Assembly (NCBI RefSeq): GCF_006345805.1
Contig: NW_021825073.1
Location: 1 to 16,955 of the forward strand
Source: Octopus sinensis
Taxonomy: Eukaryota
Reading direction: 5' to 3'
DNA: 16,955 nt
The translations under genes and the position numbers were made by a program. Below are positions 1 to 10,028 of the stretch, one piece after another. The notes beneath the pieces are model-generated. The model ran no database searches and had not been told where the DNA came from. It worked only from the letters and a program-made list of their open reading frames with translations. Every line of letters starts with the position of its first letter. Positions within the stretch are counted from its first letter, which is position 1.

Positions 1-57
1 TTAAATTAGCAGTTTTATTCAAAGGTTTGTGAGTTCTGCTTTTTGGGTGTCACCCTG
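1..57. mobile_element. Probable terminus of a Tc1/mariner-type element cut by the window edge
   Basis: Ends in ...ttttgggtgtcaccctg followed by TA (58-59). The reverse complement TA|CAGGGTG is a typical Tc1/mariner TIR start. The partner TIR is not in the window. Confidence 0.45.
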
Positions 58-73
58 TACGTGCATAAAACAC

Positions 74-237
74 AATGTTAGTTTGGCCGAATCATAGGGT
101 TCCTCAGGGTTTCGCGTCCATAAAGAAGAGACGTTATAGGCCATCGGCCACTAGGGTCTAACGAGACGTGTGTAAAGCTAAGCGCTTTATGGATGCGAAG
201 CGCTCGGTTAACCTTTGAGCCGGCCATATCTAACATT
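74..237. repeat. Degenerate inverted repeat (MITE-like or hairpin)
   Basis: Arms 74-125 and 185-237 align as reverse complements (~40/53 by hand, one gap); ttcgcgtccataaag (111-125) vs ctttatggatgcgaa (185-199) is 14/15. Spacer 59 nt. Confidence 0.65.
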
Positions 238-307
238 CTCCAAATATTCTACAGCTCTATTACTTAGATTGTGCTTCTCTTGGATTTACGATTTACTGAC
301 GTCGATG

Positions 308-308
308 T

Positions 309-383
<75 letters not shown>

Positions 384-420
384 GCACGTATGTATGTGAG
401 TATGTATGTGTATATATATA
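308..420. repeat. Compound (CA)n/(TA)n microsatellite
   Basis: Direct reading. Confidence 0.95.
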
Positions 421-748
421 CGCGCGTGCAAATACACTGACGTTATATATAAAGGATTAAAAAAACTGAAAAGGTAACCAAAAAAATGCATGCTACACAT
501 TCTTAAATGCTTAGGACTGAAATAATAGCAGAAGTATTACACATGCACATACATACGTATATAGAATAACATGCCAGCATGAATTTAAATACGTATAACT
601 GATTCTGGAATTATGGGCGCCCGCATACACACACATATATATATGTGTGTGTGTTGTCTGTATGTGTGTGTGTGTGTGCATTCTGTGTCAAATGTTTTCT
701 TTTTTATATTGTTATTTTCACTTTTTAAATTTCTTTTCAATACTGTTA

Positions 749-749
<1 letters not shown>

Positions 750-786
<37 letters not shown>
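750..786. repeat. (TA)n microsatellite
   Basis: Direct reading. Confidence 0.95.
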
Positions 787-787
<1 letters not shown>

Positions 788-1057
788 CTATAATATAGTT
801 TTTATACATTTCCCATTCACATCCGGTCGATTAAACTTTAGAATGGAATATCTTTATTCGTCGCTTCGTTTTTACCTTCGCATATTTCTTCAAACACGCA
901 CAACTACTTCATCTTCTTCCCTCCTCGCATTCAGATTCGCCATCTTTTGAAAGCACTCCATCGCATATAATGTTTTCGTCATACACACATATTTCAAGTC
1001 CCTCTTTCTTTTTTTCTTTTAACATTGTTGCTACTCAATATTATGAGTACGAACGCT

Positions 1058-1095
1058 ATTATTATTATTACTATTATTATTATTATTATTATTAC

Positions 1096-1156
<61 letters not shown>

Positions 1157-1313
1157 CTATTATCATATATTATTATTAATATTATCAATTATTATTATTA
1201 CTTATTATTATTATTATTTATTATTACTATTATCATTATTTATTATTTATTATTATTCTTACTATTATTATTATTATTATTATTACTATATCATTATTAT
1301 TATTATTATTAAC

Positions 1314-1349
<36 letters not shown>

Positions 1350-1460
1350 TATCATTATTATTATTATTATTATTATTATATTATTATTATTATTATTATC
1401 ATTATTATTATCATTATTATTATTATTGTTGTTATTATTTATTATTATTGTTGTTGTTGT
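1058..1460. repeat. ~400 bp (ATT)n microsatellite grading into (GTT)n
   Basis: Direct reading; source of the poly-Y and poly-I ORFs. Confidence 0.97.
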
Positions 1461-1544
1461 AGCTGTTGGAATTTTTCTGCGATATGTTTGTAATTATTTT
1501 ATTTTTGTTTAATTGTTATATTTATTTCGTCTATGAATATTGTG

Positions 1545-1570
1545 ACACACACACACATATGTATATGTAA

Positions 1571-1621
<51 letters not shown>

Positions 1622-1700
1622 ATGTATGTATGTATGTATGTATGCATGTACGTATTACGTATGAATGCATGTTTGTTTGTTTGTTTGTTTGTATTTATGT
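1545..1700. repeat. Compound (CA)(CT)(TA)(TATG)(GTTT) microsatellite
   Basis: Direct reading. Confidence 0.9.
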
Positions 1701-1839
1701 ATGTACGTATCTGAGGGAGGGTATGCACGCTTCTTTCTTTCATATTTGTTGTCAGAGGTCGAACCGTTATCTTCCGGGACTATTCTTTGTTGGCTTTTCG
1801 TTTGTTCAAAATATCCAGTGTCACACTAACCATCACCAA

Positions 1840-2072
1840 TAATACATAATATATATACATACATACACATATATATATATATAATATATATATAAATATA
1901 TATATTATATATATATATATATATATAATATATATATATAATATATATATATCATAAAATAGTATCATACACTACACACACAACACATATATATATATAT
2001 ACATATATATTAATATATATACACAGACCATACATACATACATACTATATTAATAAATATATATATATATAT
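1840..2072. repeat. Degenerate (TA)n/(CA)n tract
   Basis: Direct reading. Confidence 0.9.
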
Positions 2073-2610
2073 GATAAATTAGAACCATCCCGAAATATTG
2101 CCGCCGCACCGTTCCATTCCCCTTTGCGTCCCCCGCCCGCCTCTCACGATACGCACATGCAAACATTTTTTAGTGAAATGCGGTATACAACATGGTATAC
2201 CACCCATGTAGTTATTGCTGCTGCTGTGGCTGTTAACGAGTTTAGACCTTCTGCATCAGATATTGTTATTGTTGTTGTTGCTGCTGCTGTTTTGCAAGTT
2301 GTTTATTTCGTTATTTTTCTTACTTGCAGTTGTAATCGGTTGTAATCGGTGTGGTGTCAGCTATTACCGATTCTACGACGTTGGTTGTTGAGTATCTTTG
2401 TTGAGCACGTTTGTGTTGCTACGTGAATTAAGAACTGGATACATACAAACATACATACATACATAAACACACACCCATATATGTGTATATATATATATAA
2501 TATCTCTCTCGCTTTATATATATATATATGTATATGTTTGTATGTATATATATGTATGTGTAAGTACACAGACACACACACATACACACATATATATAGA
2601 TATACAAACA

Positions 2611-3045
2611 CAGGGGTTGGACGAAATAATGGAAACACCTTAATATTTCAAACAAATTTGTTTTAATATGGAGTAGGAATGTCTTTGGCAGTAATTACAG
2701 CTTGAATTCTACGAGGTATGGACTCGTACAAAGTTTCAATTGCTTCCAAAGTAATTTTTATCCATTCTTCAGCTAAAACAGTTTCCAGTTCTTGTAGTGA
2801 TGTTAGTGGAGGATATCGACACCTTTTTGTTCTAAAATGCACCATAAATGCTCAATAATATTGAGATCTGCAGGTTGTGGTAGCCAGATAAGATATTCAA
2901 CTTTACTAGAATGCTCCTGGTGCCATTCAGTAACAACTTTAGCTGTGTGAATTGGGGCATTATCCTCCTGAAAGATTGCGTTTCCCTGCGAAAGCAGTTC
3001 CGCAACCATAGGATTAATTTGATAAGATAAAATGAGGCATCGGTT
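2611..3045 (-). mobile_element. 5'-truncated Tc1-family DNA transposon (one TIR plus transposase C-terminus)
   Basis: TIR-like caggggttggacgaaataatggaaacacc at 2611-2639, ~23 bp beyond the transposase stop. No second TIR seen; the inner boundary is approximate. Confidence 0.85.
2663..3030 (-). pseudogene. Tc1-like DDE transposase C-terminal fragment, frameshifted, DD36E spacing
   Basis: ORF 2803-3054 has FQEDNAPIHTAK...WLPQPADLNIIEHLW (cf. Tc1 FQQDNxPxH...WPxQSPDLNPIEHLW). It continues after a frameshift near 2820-2830 into ORF 2663-2845: SLQELETVLAEEW...LYESIPRRIQAVITAKDIPTPY. D codon 2962-2964, E codon 2851-2853. Confidence 0.92.
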
Positions 3046-3224
3046 GAAATGCATTAATTTGTGCGTCTAATCTGGTGAAGAGATGTCTTCCAAGTTCGAT
3101 AACAGAAACTTATCCAGATGAAGGAATCTCGTAAAAATTTCTAATCTTGAGTTTAAAACGTTAGTGCAGTTCTTACATCAGTCAATATATGGGTTAGATC
3201 GCTCTATGATGTTCCATCATTGGT

Positions 3225-3310
3225 TGGAAGACGCCCATAATGTTGAATTTTGGGATCGAACTTAAAATTATGTGGTTATGAAGCGTGCTTCCTTAATATG
3301 TGACTACACC
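3225..3310 (-). mobile_element. Highly degenerate head of SINE family A
   Basis: gggatcgaacttaaaattatgtggttatgaagcgtgctt (3252-3290) loosely aligns to gggactgaacccggaaccatgtggttggtaaacaagcta of the copy at 10029-10452. Confidence 0.35.
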
Positions 3311-3432
3311 TTGTCTCATTTGACGGCAATGTTTACCGATGGACGACAAATATTTTGAGGAATTACAGGAAATTACGTCATGGGTCACGTGTCCTCTTGA
3401 AGAACACCAGCACTATGCATATTTATGCATTT

Positions 3433-3502
3433 ACACACACACACATACATACGCACGCGCATACACATATCTACTACACACACATATATGTATGTGTATA
3501 TG

Positions 3503-3537
<35 letters not shown>

Positions 3538-3882
3538 GTATATATATTATATGTATATAATATATATGCATATATATATGTATATATATATAGTTGTATA
3601 TATATATATATATATGTGTGTGTATATATAATTATATATATAATATAATATATGTATGTATGGTATTTCTATATATTATATGTATATATATGTATATAAA
3701 TATCTATGTATATATATATGTTATTATATATGTATATTATATATGTATACATATATGTATATATATATATATATAATATATATATATGTGTGTGTATATA
3801 TAATTATATATATAATATAATATATGTATGTATGGTATTTCTATATATTATATGTATATATATGTATATTATATATGTAACA

Positions 3883-3928
<46 letters not shown>

Positions 3929-3934
3929 ATATAT
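3433..3934. repeat. Long degenerate (TA)n tract with an internal duplication of 172-bp period
   Basis: The block gtgtgtgtatatataattata...tatggtatttctatatattatatg occurs at ~3611-3695 and ~3783-3867 (tggtatttct at 3661 and 3833). Confidence 0.9.
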
Positions 3935-4107
3935 AGTGTGTATCAACGCATGATACGATGTGTACATATATATATGTACACTCAGTCGACATGCAGTCAC
4001 TACAGAAAACATAATACTACACACACACACGCGCTTATTAAATGCATATATACTTAAAAAGATAGGCGTACTCATACACATCGTATCATGCGTTGATACA
4101 CACTCTG
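3932..4107. mobile_element. MITE with perfect 30-bp TIR core (Tc1/mariner-type, TA flanks)
   Basis: agtgtgtatcaacgcatgatacgatgtgta (3935-3964) is the exact reverse complement of 4075-4104. The right end reads ...cactctg|ta. Confidence 0.8.
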
Positions 4108-4254
4108 TATGCACTCACAGCAATCTCTGTATGCACACACGCACATTCAGAAAATGCTTTAATATTGTAAATTTAAAAACCTTAGTGAAAAATTCTTCAC
4201 ATTCTTACATGAAAATAGCTAAATGTATCATTGCTGTTATTGTCAATGACGTTA

Positions 4255-4340
4255 GTGGTGGTGGTGGTGGTTGGTGATGGTGGTGGAGATGATGGCAGTG
4301 ATGGTAGTGGTGGTGGTGGTGGTGATGGTAGTGGTGGTGA
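4255..4340. repeat. (GGT)n/(GAT) microsatellite
   Basis: Direct reading. Confidence 0.9.
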
Positions 4341-4770
4341 CAGTATTGTTACGGCTGCTGCTCTTGTTGAAGTGCTCCCGCTGTTAAGTTTTATCATTGC
4401 ACTTGCTTTCTTTGTCATTACAACTTATTTTGTCATCGTTTTATCCCAAGTCAGCTCCGATGAAGGCCAAAGGACTGGACATTAAGGCACTTAAAAATAG
4501 GTATGTATGGTAGGCAATTAAGGCACTAAAATAGGCATTTATACCACTAACAAATAGGAATTTAAACAAGTAAACATAACATTTATCAGGCATGTAGGTA
4601 TTTATGGAACTAAAAATTAGTATTGTATAACGAAGAGGAAGTATTGTTTAACGAGATGTGCTGATGGGATCGTAAATATAGTCACGAAGGCCCGTTTAGT
4701 TTTCAGTAGAATGTGTTTATAAAACGGGCAATAAAATGAAATTAGTCAAAACTGGAAATATTTATTACAG

Positions 4771-4986
4771 TACTCTTTTACTTGTTTCAGTCATTTGACT
4801 GTGGCCATGCTGGTGCATCGCCTTTAGTCGAGCAAATCGACCCCCAGAACTTTATAAGCCCAGTACTTATTCTATCGGTCTCTTTTTGCTTAACCACTAA
4901 GTTACGGGGACGTAAACACACCAGCATCGGTTGTCAGGCGATGTGGAGGGACAAACACAGACACACAATCATACACACGCACACAC
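4771..4986 (-). mobile_element. SINE family A, 3' half (truncated at its internal CA tract)
   Basis: Closely matches ~10049-10260 (tactcttttacttgtttcagtcatttgactg...gggacaaacacagac). Confidence 0.9.
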
Positions 4987-5190
4987 GACCGCGTGTGTAC
5001 CGTTGGCGATTTTTTCCTCTGTCTTCCCTTCTCTGGATCTTTCCTTCTCCTATGTTTCCGAAGAAGAGCTCCGCTCGAAACGTTGAACCCTTCTTCTTTC
5101 CTTCTTTCCTGAGCGTCCAATAATACTATATTTGTTCCACGTCCTCGCGTTGTTGTGTTTTTTTTGTGCTTTTAATGGTTGGATTAACTA
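4987..5190 (+). mobile_element. Short hammerhead-bearing element, family H1 (Penelope-like terminal repeat or retrozyme-like)
   Basis: Pyrimidine-rich ~200 bp element ending in (TA)n. Shares layout with family H2: core motif, then ttcctgagcgt..aatac, then a T-rich tail. Confidence 0.6.
5054..5088 (+). ncRNA. Minimal type-I hammerhead ribozyme-like motif (core variant CCGAAGA)
   Basis: gttt-CCGAAGA-a-GAGC-tcc-GCTC-GAAAC-GTT-gaac: stem I 5054-57/5085-88, stem II 5066-69/5073-76, palindromic AACGTT in place of stem III; U4>C vs CUGANGA. Confidence 0.6.
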
Positions 5191-5193
5191 TAG

Positions 5194-5227
<34 letters not shown>

Positions 5228-5253
5228 TATACCTATATATATATATATATATA
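5191..5253. repeat. (TA)n microsatellite between two tail-to-tail hammerhead elements
   Basis: Direct reading. Confidence 0.95.
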
Positions 5254-5393
5254 AGGGAAAGTTTACGAAAAAAAAAACAAAAGACGAAGACAGGTGGTGT
5301 ACAAAACAAACACATGTATTAGTATAACGCTCAGAAATAGAAAAAGTATTTTACATTTCGAGCCTACGCTCTTCTACAGAAAGGGACACAGAA
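5254..5393 (-). mobile_element. Short hammerhead-bearing element, family H2 (5'-truncated copy)
   Basis: Reverse complement closely matches ~11497-11636. Confidence 0.85.
5349..5383 (-). ncRNA. Hammerhead-like motif (CUGUAGA variant, GAAAU)
   Basis: Minus strand reads cttt-CTGTAGA-a-GAGC-gtag-GCTC-GAAAT-GTA-aaa. Confidence 0.45.
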
Positions 5394-5500
5394 AAATTAA
5401 GTACCAGTTACGCAGTGGGGTCGATCAAATCGACTTAATCCGTTTGTCTGTCCTTGTTTGTTGCCTCTGTGTTTAGCCCCTTGTGGGTAGTAAAGAAATA
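5394..5500 (+). mobile_element. SINE family C, 3' fragment
   Basis: aaattaagtaccagttacgcagtggggtcgat...ccccttgtgggtagtaaagaaata matches the reverse complement of the units at 13880-14288. Confidence 0.9.
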
Positions 5501-5959
5501 TATATTTTAAACATCTGGAAAAGATAAATGTAAAATTTTGTTGAGAAATGCGTTACTGTAGAATCTATTCACTGTACGAAAGAAGTACAAAAGTTACCAA
5601 TCATGCTGCCACGTGACTCCCCAGATTTGTTGAATTTGAATATGTTAAGTATGCACAATACGACCACATTATGAAACCTTAAGAATTTTCCGTTATTTTA
5701 ATTGCATGATAAATGGAGCGCCATCTATGTGGGGAATCGGAAACTATATTGAAGAAACAGTGTCTAAGAGATGGCTTTCAAGAAAAAAAAAAGTCGAAAG
5801 CTTTGTATTTTTAATAAAAAAAAACAAACAAAAACCAAATCACTTTTAGCAAAGATTTTTAGAAATATAAAACTTAAATAATAGGCATTATATCGGCATT
5901 TATGGCGTTCTAAGCATTTGTGTCATTTAAGGCATTAATGGCAAATGTCCTTTTTCTAC

Positions 5960-6105
5960 AGGTCATCTCCAATGAAGCAGATTTATAATCAATGTCTTTT
6001 CACTCATTTTGACATTAGACAACATTATTCAATATGTCTCACCTTCATTTTAGAGAATCAGTTAGTGTCAAGAGAGATTTTTGACTGCGGTTTCTAGCTT
6101 TGCTC
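5960..6105 (-). repeat. Old dispersed repeat (family D), copy 1
   Basis: gagatttttgactgcggtttctagc (6074-6098) matches 7603-7625; colinear upstream similarity. Confidence 0.55.
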
Positions 6106-6297
6106 CTGTCGCCATTCTTGTTGCTACTAATATCGTTATTTTTCTTACATTTATTGTTGATACTGTAGCTGTTGTTGTAGTCGTTATTATTTCAATACAA
6201 TTACAGTGTAGTATGTGTTATCAGCTTCGTATCTGATACATCTGTTATAATTGTTGATCTAGCAGATGTAAATGAGATGATGTTCATACTACTGTTA

Positions 6298-6495
6298 TTG
6301 TTTAGTCCCAAGACAGCTCTTAACAAAAAGGCTTTATAATCAGGCGTATACCAGCCACGACCATTTTGTCTTATTTAAGAACATCAAAGTCAATACTACC
6401 AAATGTATCCTTCTCTTTTCTCAGAAAATGTTTATGATTTAAAAGTGAAATAACTGCTGTTTCTGGCTCATTGAATAACATAAATAATACCCCGT
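6298..6495 (-). repeat. Old dispersed repeat (family D), copy 2
   Basis: Begins ttgtttagtcccaagacagc; aactgctgtttctggc at 6452-6467. Confidence 0.5.
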
Positions 6496-6879
6496 TCGCT
6501 GCTTGATATTGCGGTCTATCTGACATTTGCAGTTATTGGTGCTAATGTTGTTACCATTGCTGCTGCTGGTTGTTTTGCTTTAATTGTTGTGGTTCTTTTA
6601 ATAGTATTGTTACTGTTGTTGTGTTGTTGTTGTTGTTTCGGTTACATTCAGCTTGTAGCAATACTGCTGCTGAATTTAAATCGATCTTGTGCTTTCTACT
6701 GCTATTCTAGTGATGTTGATGATGATGATGATGATGTATTTTCAATTGCCCCTGTTGATGAGGATTTTGCTGCAATTATTACCATTAGTGTTTCTGTTGT
6801 TACTGTTGTTGCTGCCGTTGTTACTGTTGATTTTTTTTATTGTTGTTCCTTCAACAACCTATTGTTGCCTCCTTGTTCT

Positions 6880-7400
6880 TATTTGATTTCCAGATCAGAC
6901 TTGATCAAACGGACTTCTGATCCAAGCCACTTCAGCTGTAATCATTTCCTATGTTACTATTGATTTATCAATCGACGATGTTGTTTATTGTATTCCTCCT
7001 TTCTTTAAGTCAACAGTGTGCGAGTTGTAGCAATTTAACTGCTATTTCAAACAGTTCTTTGTTTGTTTCTTCTCGAGCCATGCCTGGCTCCATAAGGGCC
7101 GGTTTCCCGGTTTCCTTGCCGTATAAGTTCCCCACCTGGACGGGACGCTGGTCCATCGCAGGTGAGCTGCAAGATGCAGGAGGAAAAAGAGTGAGAGAAA
7201 GTTGTGGCGAAAGAGTCAGCAGAAGTTCGCCATTACCTTCTGCCGGAGCCGCGTGGAGCTTAGGTGCTTCGCTCATAAACCCACACATCACCCGGTCTGA
7301 GATTCGAACCCGCGATCCCTCGACCGCGAGTCCGCTGCTCTAACCACTAGGCCATGTGCCTCCACTTCAAACAGTTGTAAGCTCCTTTATAGGCTCCCTA
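6880..7400 (-). repeat. Old dispersed repeat (family D), copy 3, interrupted by SINE B1
   Basis: tgatcaaac at 6902-6910 (also at 7467-7475 in copy 4); atttaactgctatttc at 7033-7048; resumes after the TSD at 7366. Confidence 0.5.
7057..7365 (-). mobile_element. Full-length tRNA-derived SINE, family B, tail type 1
   Basis: Minus strand starts gtggaggcacatggcctagtggttagagc (A box) then gggttcgaatctc (B box). 11-bp TSD ttcaaacagtt at 7046-7056 and 7366-7376. Resembles octopus OR-type SINEs (from recall). Confidence 0.93.
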
Positions 7401-7449
7401 TTGACTTTTGCTTGTTTTACTACTTGCTGTTTCTCATTTCTCTATGAAA

Positions 7450-7655
7450 ATCCCCTCATTTAATTCTGATCAAACATACCACACTCAGCGGTGTTTCAAC
7501 CATGGCCACCACATCTTATGGTTATACAGACACAATGCGTTTATATCTCCATTATCTAGTGTGTCGCTCCATTTTTTTCAGGCGGCTGTGTGTGATCTGA
7601 GGGAGATTTGACGGCTATTTCTAGCAGAGCGAGTGACCACGTACTGGCATTCCAA
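7450..7655 (-). repeat. Old dispersed repeat (family D), copy 4, best preserved
   Basis: tgtgatctgagggagatttgacggctatttctagcagagcgagtgaccacgta at 7591-7643. Confidence 0.55.
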
Positions 7656-8154
7656 TTAACTCATGATTTGTATATGTACCAGATAAATCTTGTTGTTGCT
7701 ATTGTAGTTGTTGCTGCTGTACTTTCCTTTTCTTCTTCCTCTCTACCTTCTATGGTGCTGTTGCTCTTCATGATAATAATATTAGTAATCATTATTCATA
7801 TATTTGTGTTACGGTAATGTTGTTGCTGTTATTTATCACATTCTTATTACTTCCATTATTGTTTTGTGTTATTGTTGTCAGTGCTGCCGCCGATGCCGCT
7901 GCTGCTTCTGCCCCTATTTTTGTTGTTAATGTTGGCTTGGTCCCTGCTGTTATATTTGAATTGCACCAATTGCCTTCTTTCAGTCAAAAATTGAAACCTT
8001 CACCGTTTATATTCCACTCTCCATTCGCCTTTTCCCCTTATTTCGTAACTACTTTTATCCACAAAGGCATAAACAAACACACAACCTTCGTTGCATACAC
8101 GCGTATACAGGCACAGATTTTTGTACACAATAAGAGACACGCAGATCTTTATAG

Positions 8155-8361
8155 ACACACACACACACACACATACACAGATTTTTACAGACATACACAC
8201 GTACACACACAAATACACACATACACTCACATAATACAGAATTTTATATTCATTTATACATACACACAGATACAAAAGGTAACAAAAAGATATGCCTCCA
8301 TATTTCTCTCTCCTCTTACGAATTTTAAGTGCTCTACTCAACACATCAACATACACTTGCA

Positions 8362-8403
<42 letters not shown>

Positions 8404-8480
8404 ACACACACATGACATATTCAAACACATACATACACGCTCATCGACGTACACACAAATACACACACGCACACACACAA
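8155..8480. repeat. CA-rich degenerate microsatellite region
   Basis: Direct reading. Confidence 0.85.
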
Positions 8481-8549
8481 CTTAGCTGCAAAAATTTATG
8501 AATCATGCAACACTTTGCATTCTTCTCATATTTGCTATTTTGAAAGTTA

Positions 8550-8810
8550 TCAACCACTACCACCAACCACCACCACCACCACCACCCACCAAACACACTC
8601 CATCGTCAGCACCACCACTGTAACGAGTACTATAACGAACAGCGGCAACACCATCTCCACTACCACAGCTACCACGAAATCTCAATATAGCAAAACACGT
8701 TTTACTATTGCCAGCACCATATCGACAGCCATCACTGCCACAACCATCGTAACCCCAAACACTACCACCATCACAACACGATACTACGACCGCTACATTT
8801 ACCACTGCCA
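8550..8810. repeat. Degenerate (ACC/ACT)n low-complexity tract
   Basis: Direct reading; source of the Thr-rich ORF. Confidence 0.75.
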
Positions 8811-9516
8811 CTCCTGTTGTCTTCGCAATAAACATGAAGAAAGTGAAATTTTTAAATGTCGGTAAAATATGTTACATTTCCTCAAGTATAAAACTTACAC
8901 ACACATAAATATACACATTAAAATATGCACGCATATATGCACCAATACTCTCTCTCTCTCTCTCTCTACACGCACACGCACATACAAACACACGCACCCA
9001 CACACATAAATACACACACATACATACGAATGAAACGAAAATGAGTTGAGAGTAATAACTCAAAGTGGTTAGTAGTGTGTATTTGAATAACAAAAACGAA
9101 TAAAGATTTATTAAATACGACACAAGATAGCTTCTTGATTTATTGAAATTATCTCCCCCTCCAAAGACAGTAGACATGAATAAGAGAACACTTTTATATA
9201 TGACTAAGTATTCCGTCTGCAGGAAATAATGTAGGACAGCTGCTGTGTTAATGATATCTTTAGAGGCAGAAACACGGGTCAATAGCTATCCTTTGGTCTC
9301 CAGGCAATCAAGTATGGACATTTTGCATAAATTTTGATTCTCAAGATGGTCTTCCTCTCTAAGAAGCATACTTACAGAAATTTTGAAGATTATCAGGAGA
9401 CACTCTTGTCAAGTAGATCTGGTATTTAAATAACAATATTGAAAATATCAAAATTCCATGATCGTATAAAGGCAATATGTCAGTGTGAGTGGCAAGCACT
9501 TTGAACGTCTGCAGCA

Positions 9517-9901
9517 GTGGAGGCGCAATGGCCCAGTAGTTAGAGCAGCGGACTCGCGATCGGAGGATCGCGGCTTCGATTCCCAGACCGGGCGTTGAGT
9601 GTGTTTATTGAGCGAAAACACCTAAAGCTCCACGATGCTCCGGCAGGGGATGGTGGCGACCCCTGTTGTACTCTTTCGCCCTAACTTTCTCTCACTCTTT
9701 CTTCCTGTTTCTTGTCCCCGACTTCCTACGCAACCGCTGAGCCTGGATGTGCATTCATCCATCCGTCGATGCTCTCGGTGTCGGGGGTTGACCTGCTTTC
9801 TCTTCTGCGGGTCTTACGAATAAGCAAAGGACTACGTTTCGGACTTCTCCCATCTTGCGAGCTCTGGGACGAAGACCGTTCGCTCAATAGCAACAGCAAT
9901 A
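9517..9901 (+). mobile_element. Full-length tRNA-derived SINE, family B, tail type 2
   Basis: gtggaggcgcaatggcccagtagttagagcagcggactcgcg (A box), ggcttcgattccc (B box). First ~195 nt homologous to 7365->7172, then an unrelated tail. 9-bp TSD tctgcagca at 9508-9516 and 9902-9910. Confidence 0.93.
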
Positions 9902-10028
9902 TCTGCAGCAAGCAGCGATCATTATTATCACAATAAGGGCAGGTTCCTAAGAAGAATAAAAAAACCACAGCATAGACGGAAATCGTGATGAAAACCTTAC
10001 ACACACGCATACACGCACTATATATATA

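Larger units (their letters stand above)
4469..5960. mobile_element. Possible old DNA transposon remnant with subterminal GGCA(T/C)T repeats, hosting younger insertions
   Basis: Clusters of aggcactt/aggcaatt/aggcattt at 4484-4600 and taggcatt/cggcattt/aggcatta at 5883-5938; a short ggacatt/aatgtcc inverted match near the ends. Weak. Confidence 0.3.

Noticed and set aside
970-1312. Poly-Tyr and poly-Ile ORFs
   Set aside because: Translations of the (ATT)n microsatellite
4457-4480. CCGATGA-aggcc as a hammerhead core
   Set aside because: No closing stem II and no GAAA
4231-4485. Gly-rich ORF with a hydrophobic, TM-like segment
   Set aside because: Derived from (GGT)n and GTT-rich low-complexity DNA; no splice or homology support
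7817-8485. Longest ORF (222 aa) with a signal-peptide-like start
   Set aside because: Composed of GTT/GCT and CA repeats; no recognisable domain
8515-8865. Thr-rich mucin-like ORF
   Set aside because: Degenerate (ACC)n tract with a non-ATG start and no supporting exon structure
9517-9590. tRNA gene
   Set aside because: A and B boxes are present, but it is the head of a TSD-flanked SINE and lacks a proper acceptor stem
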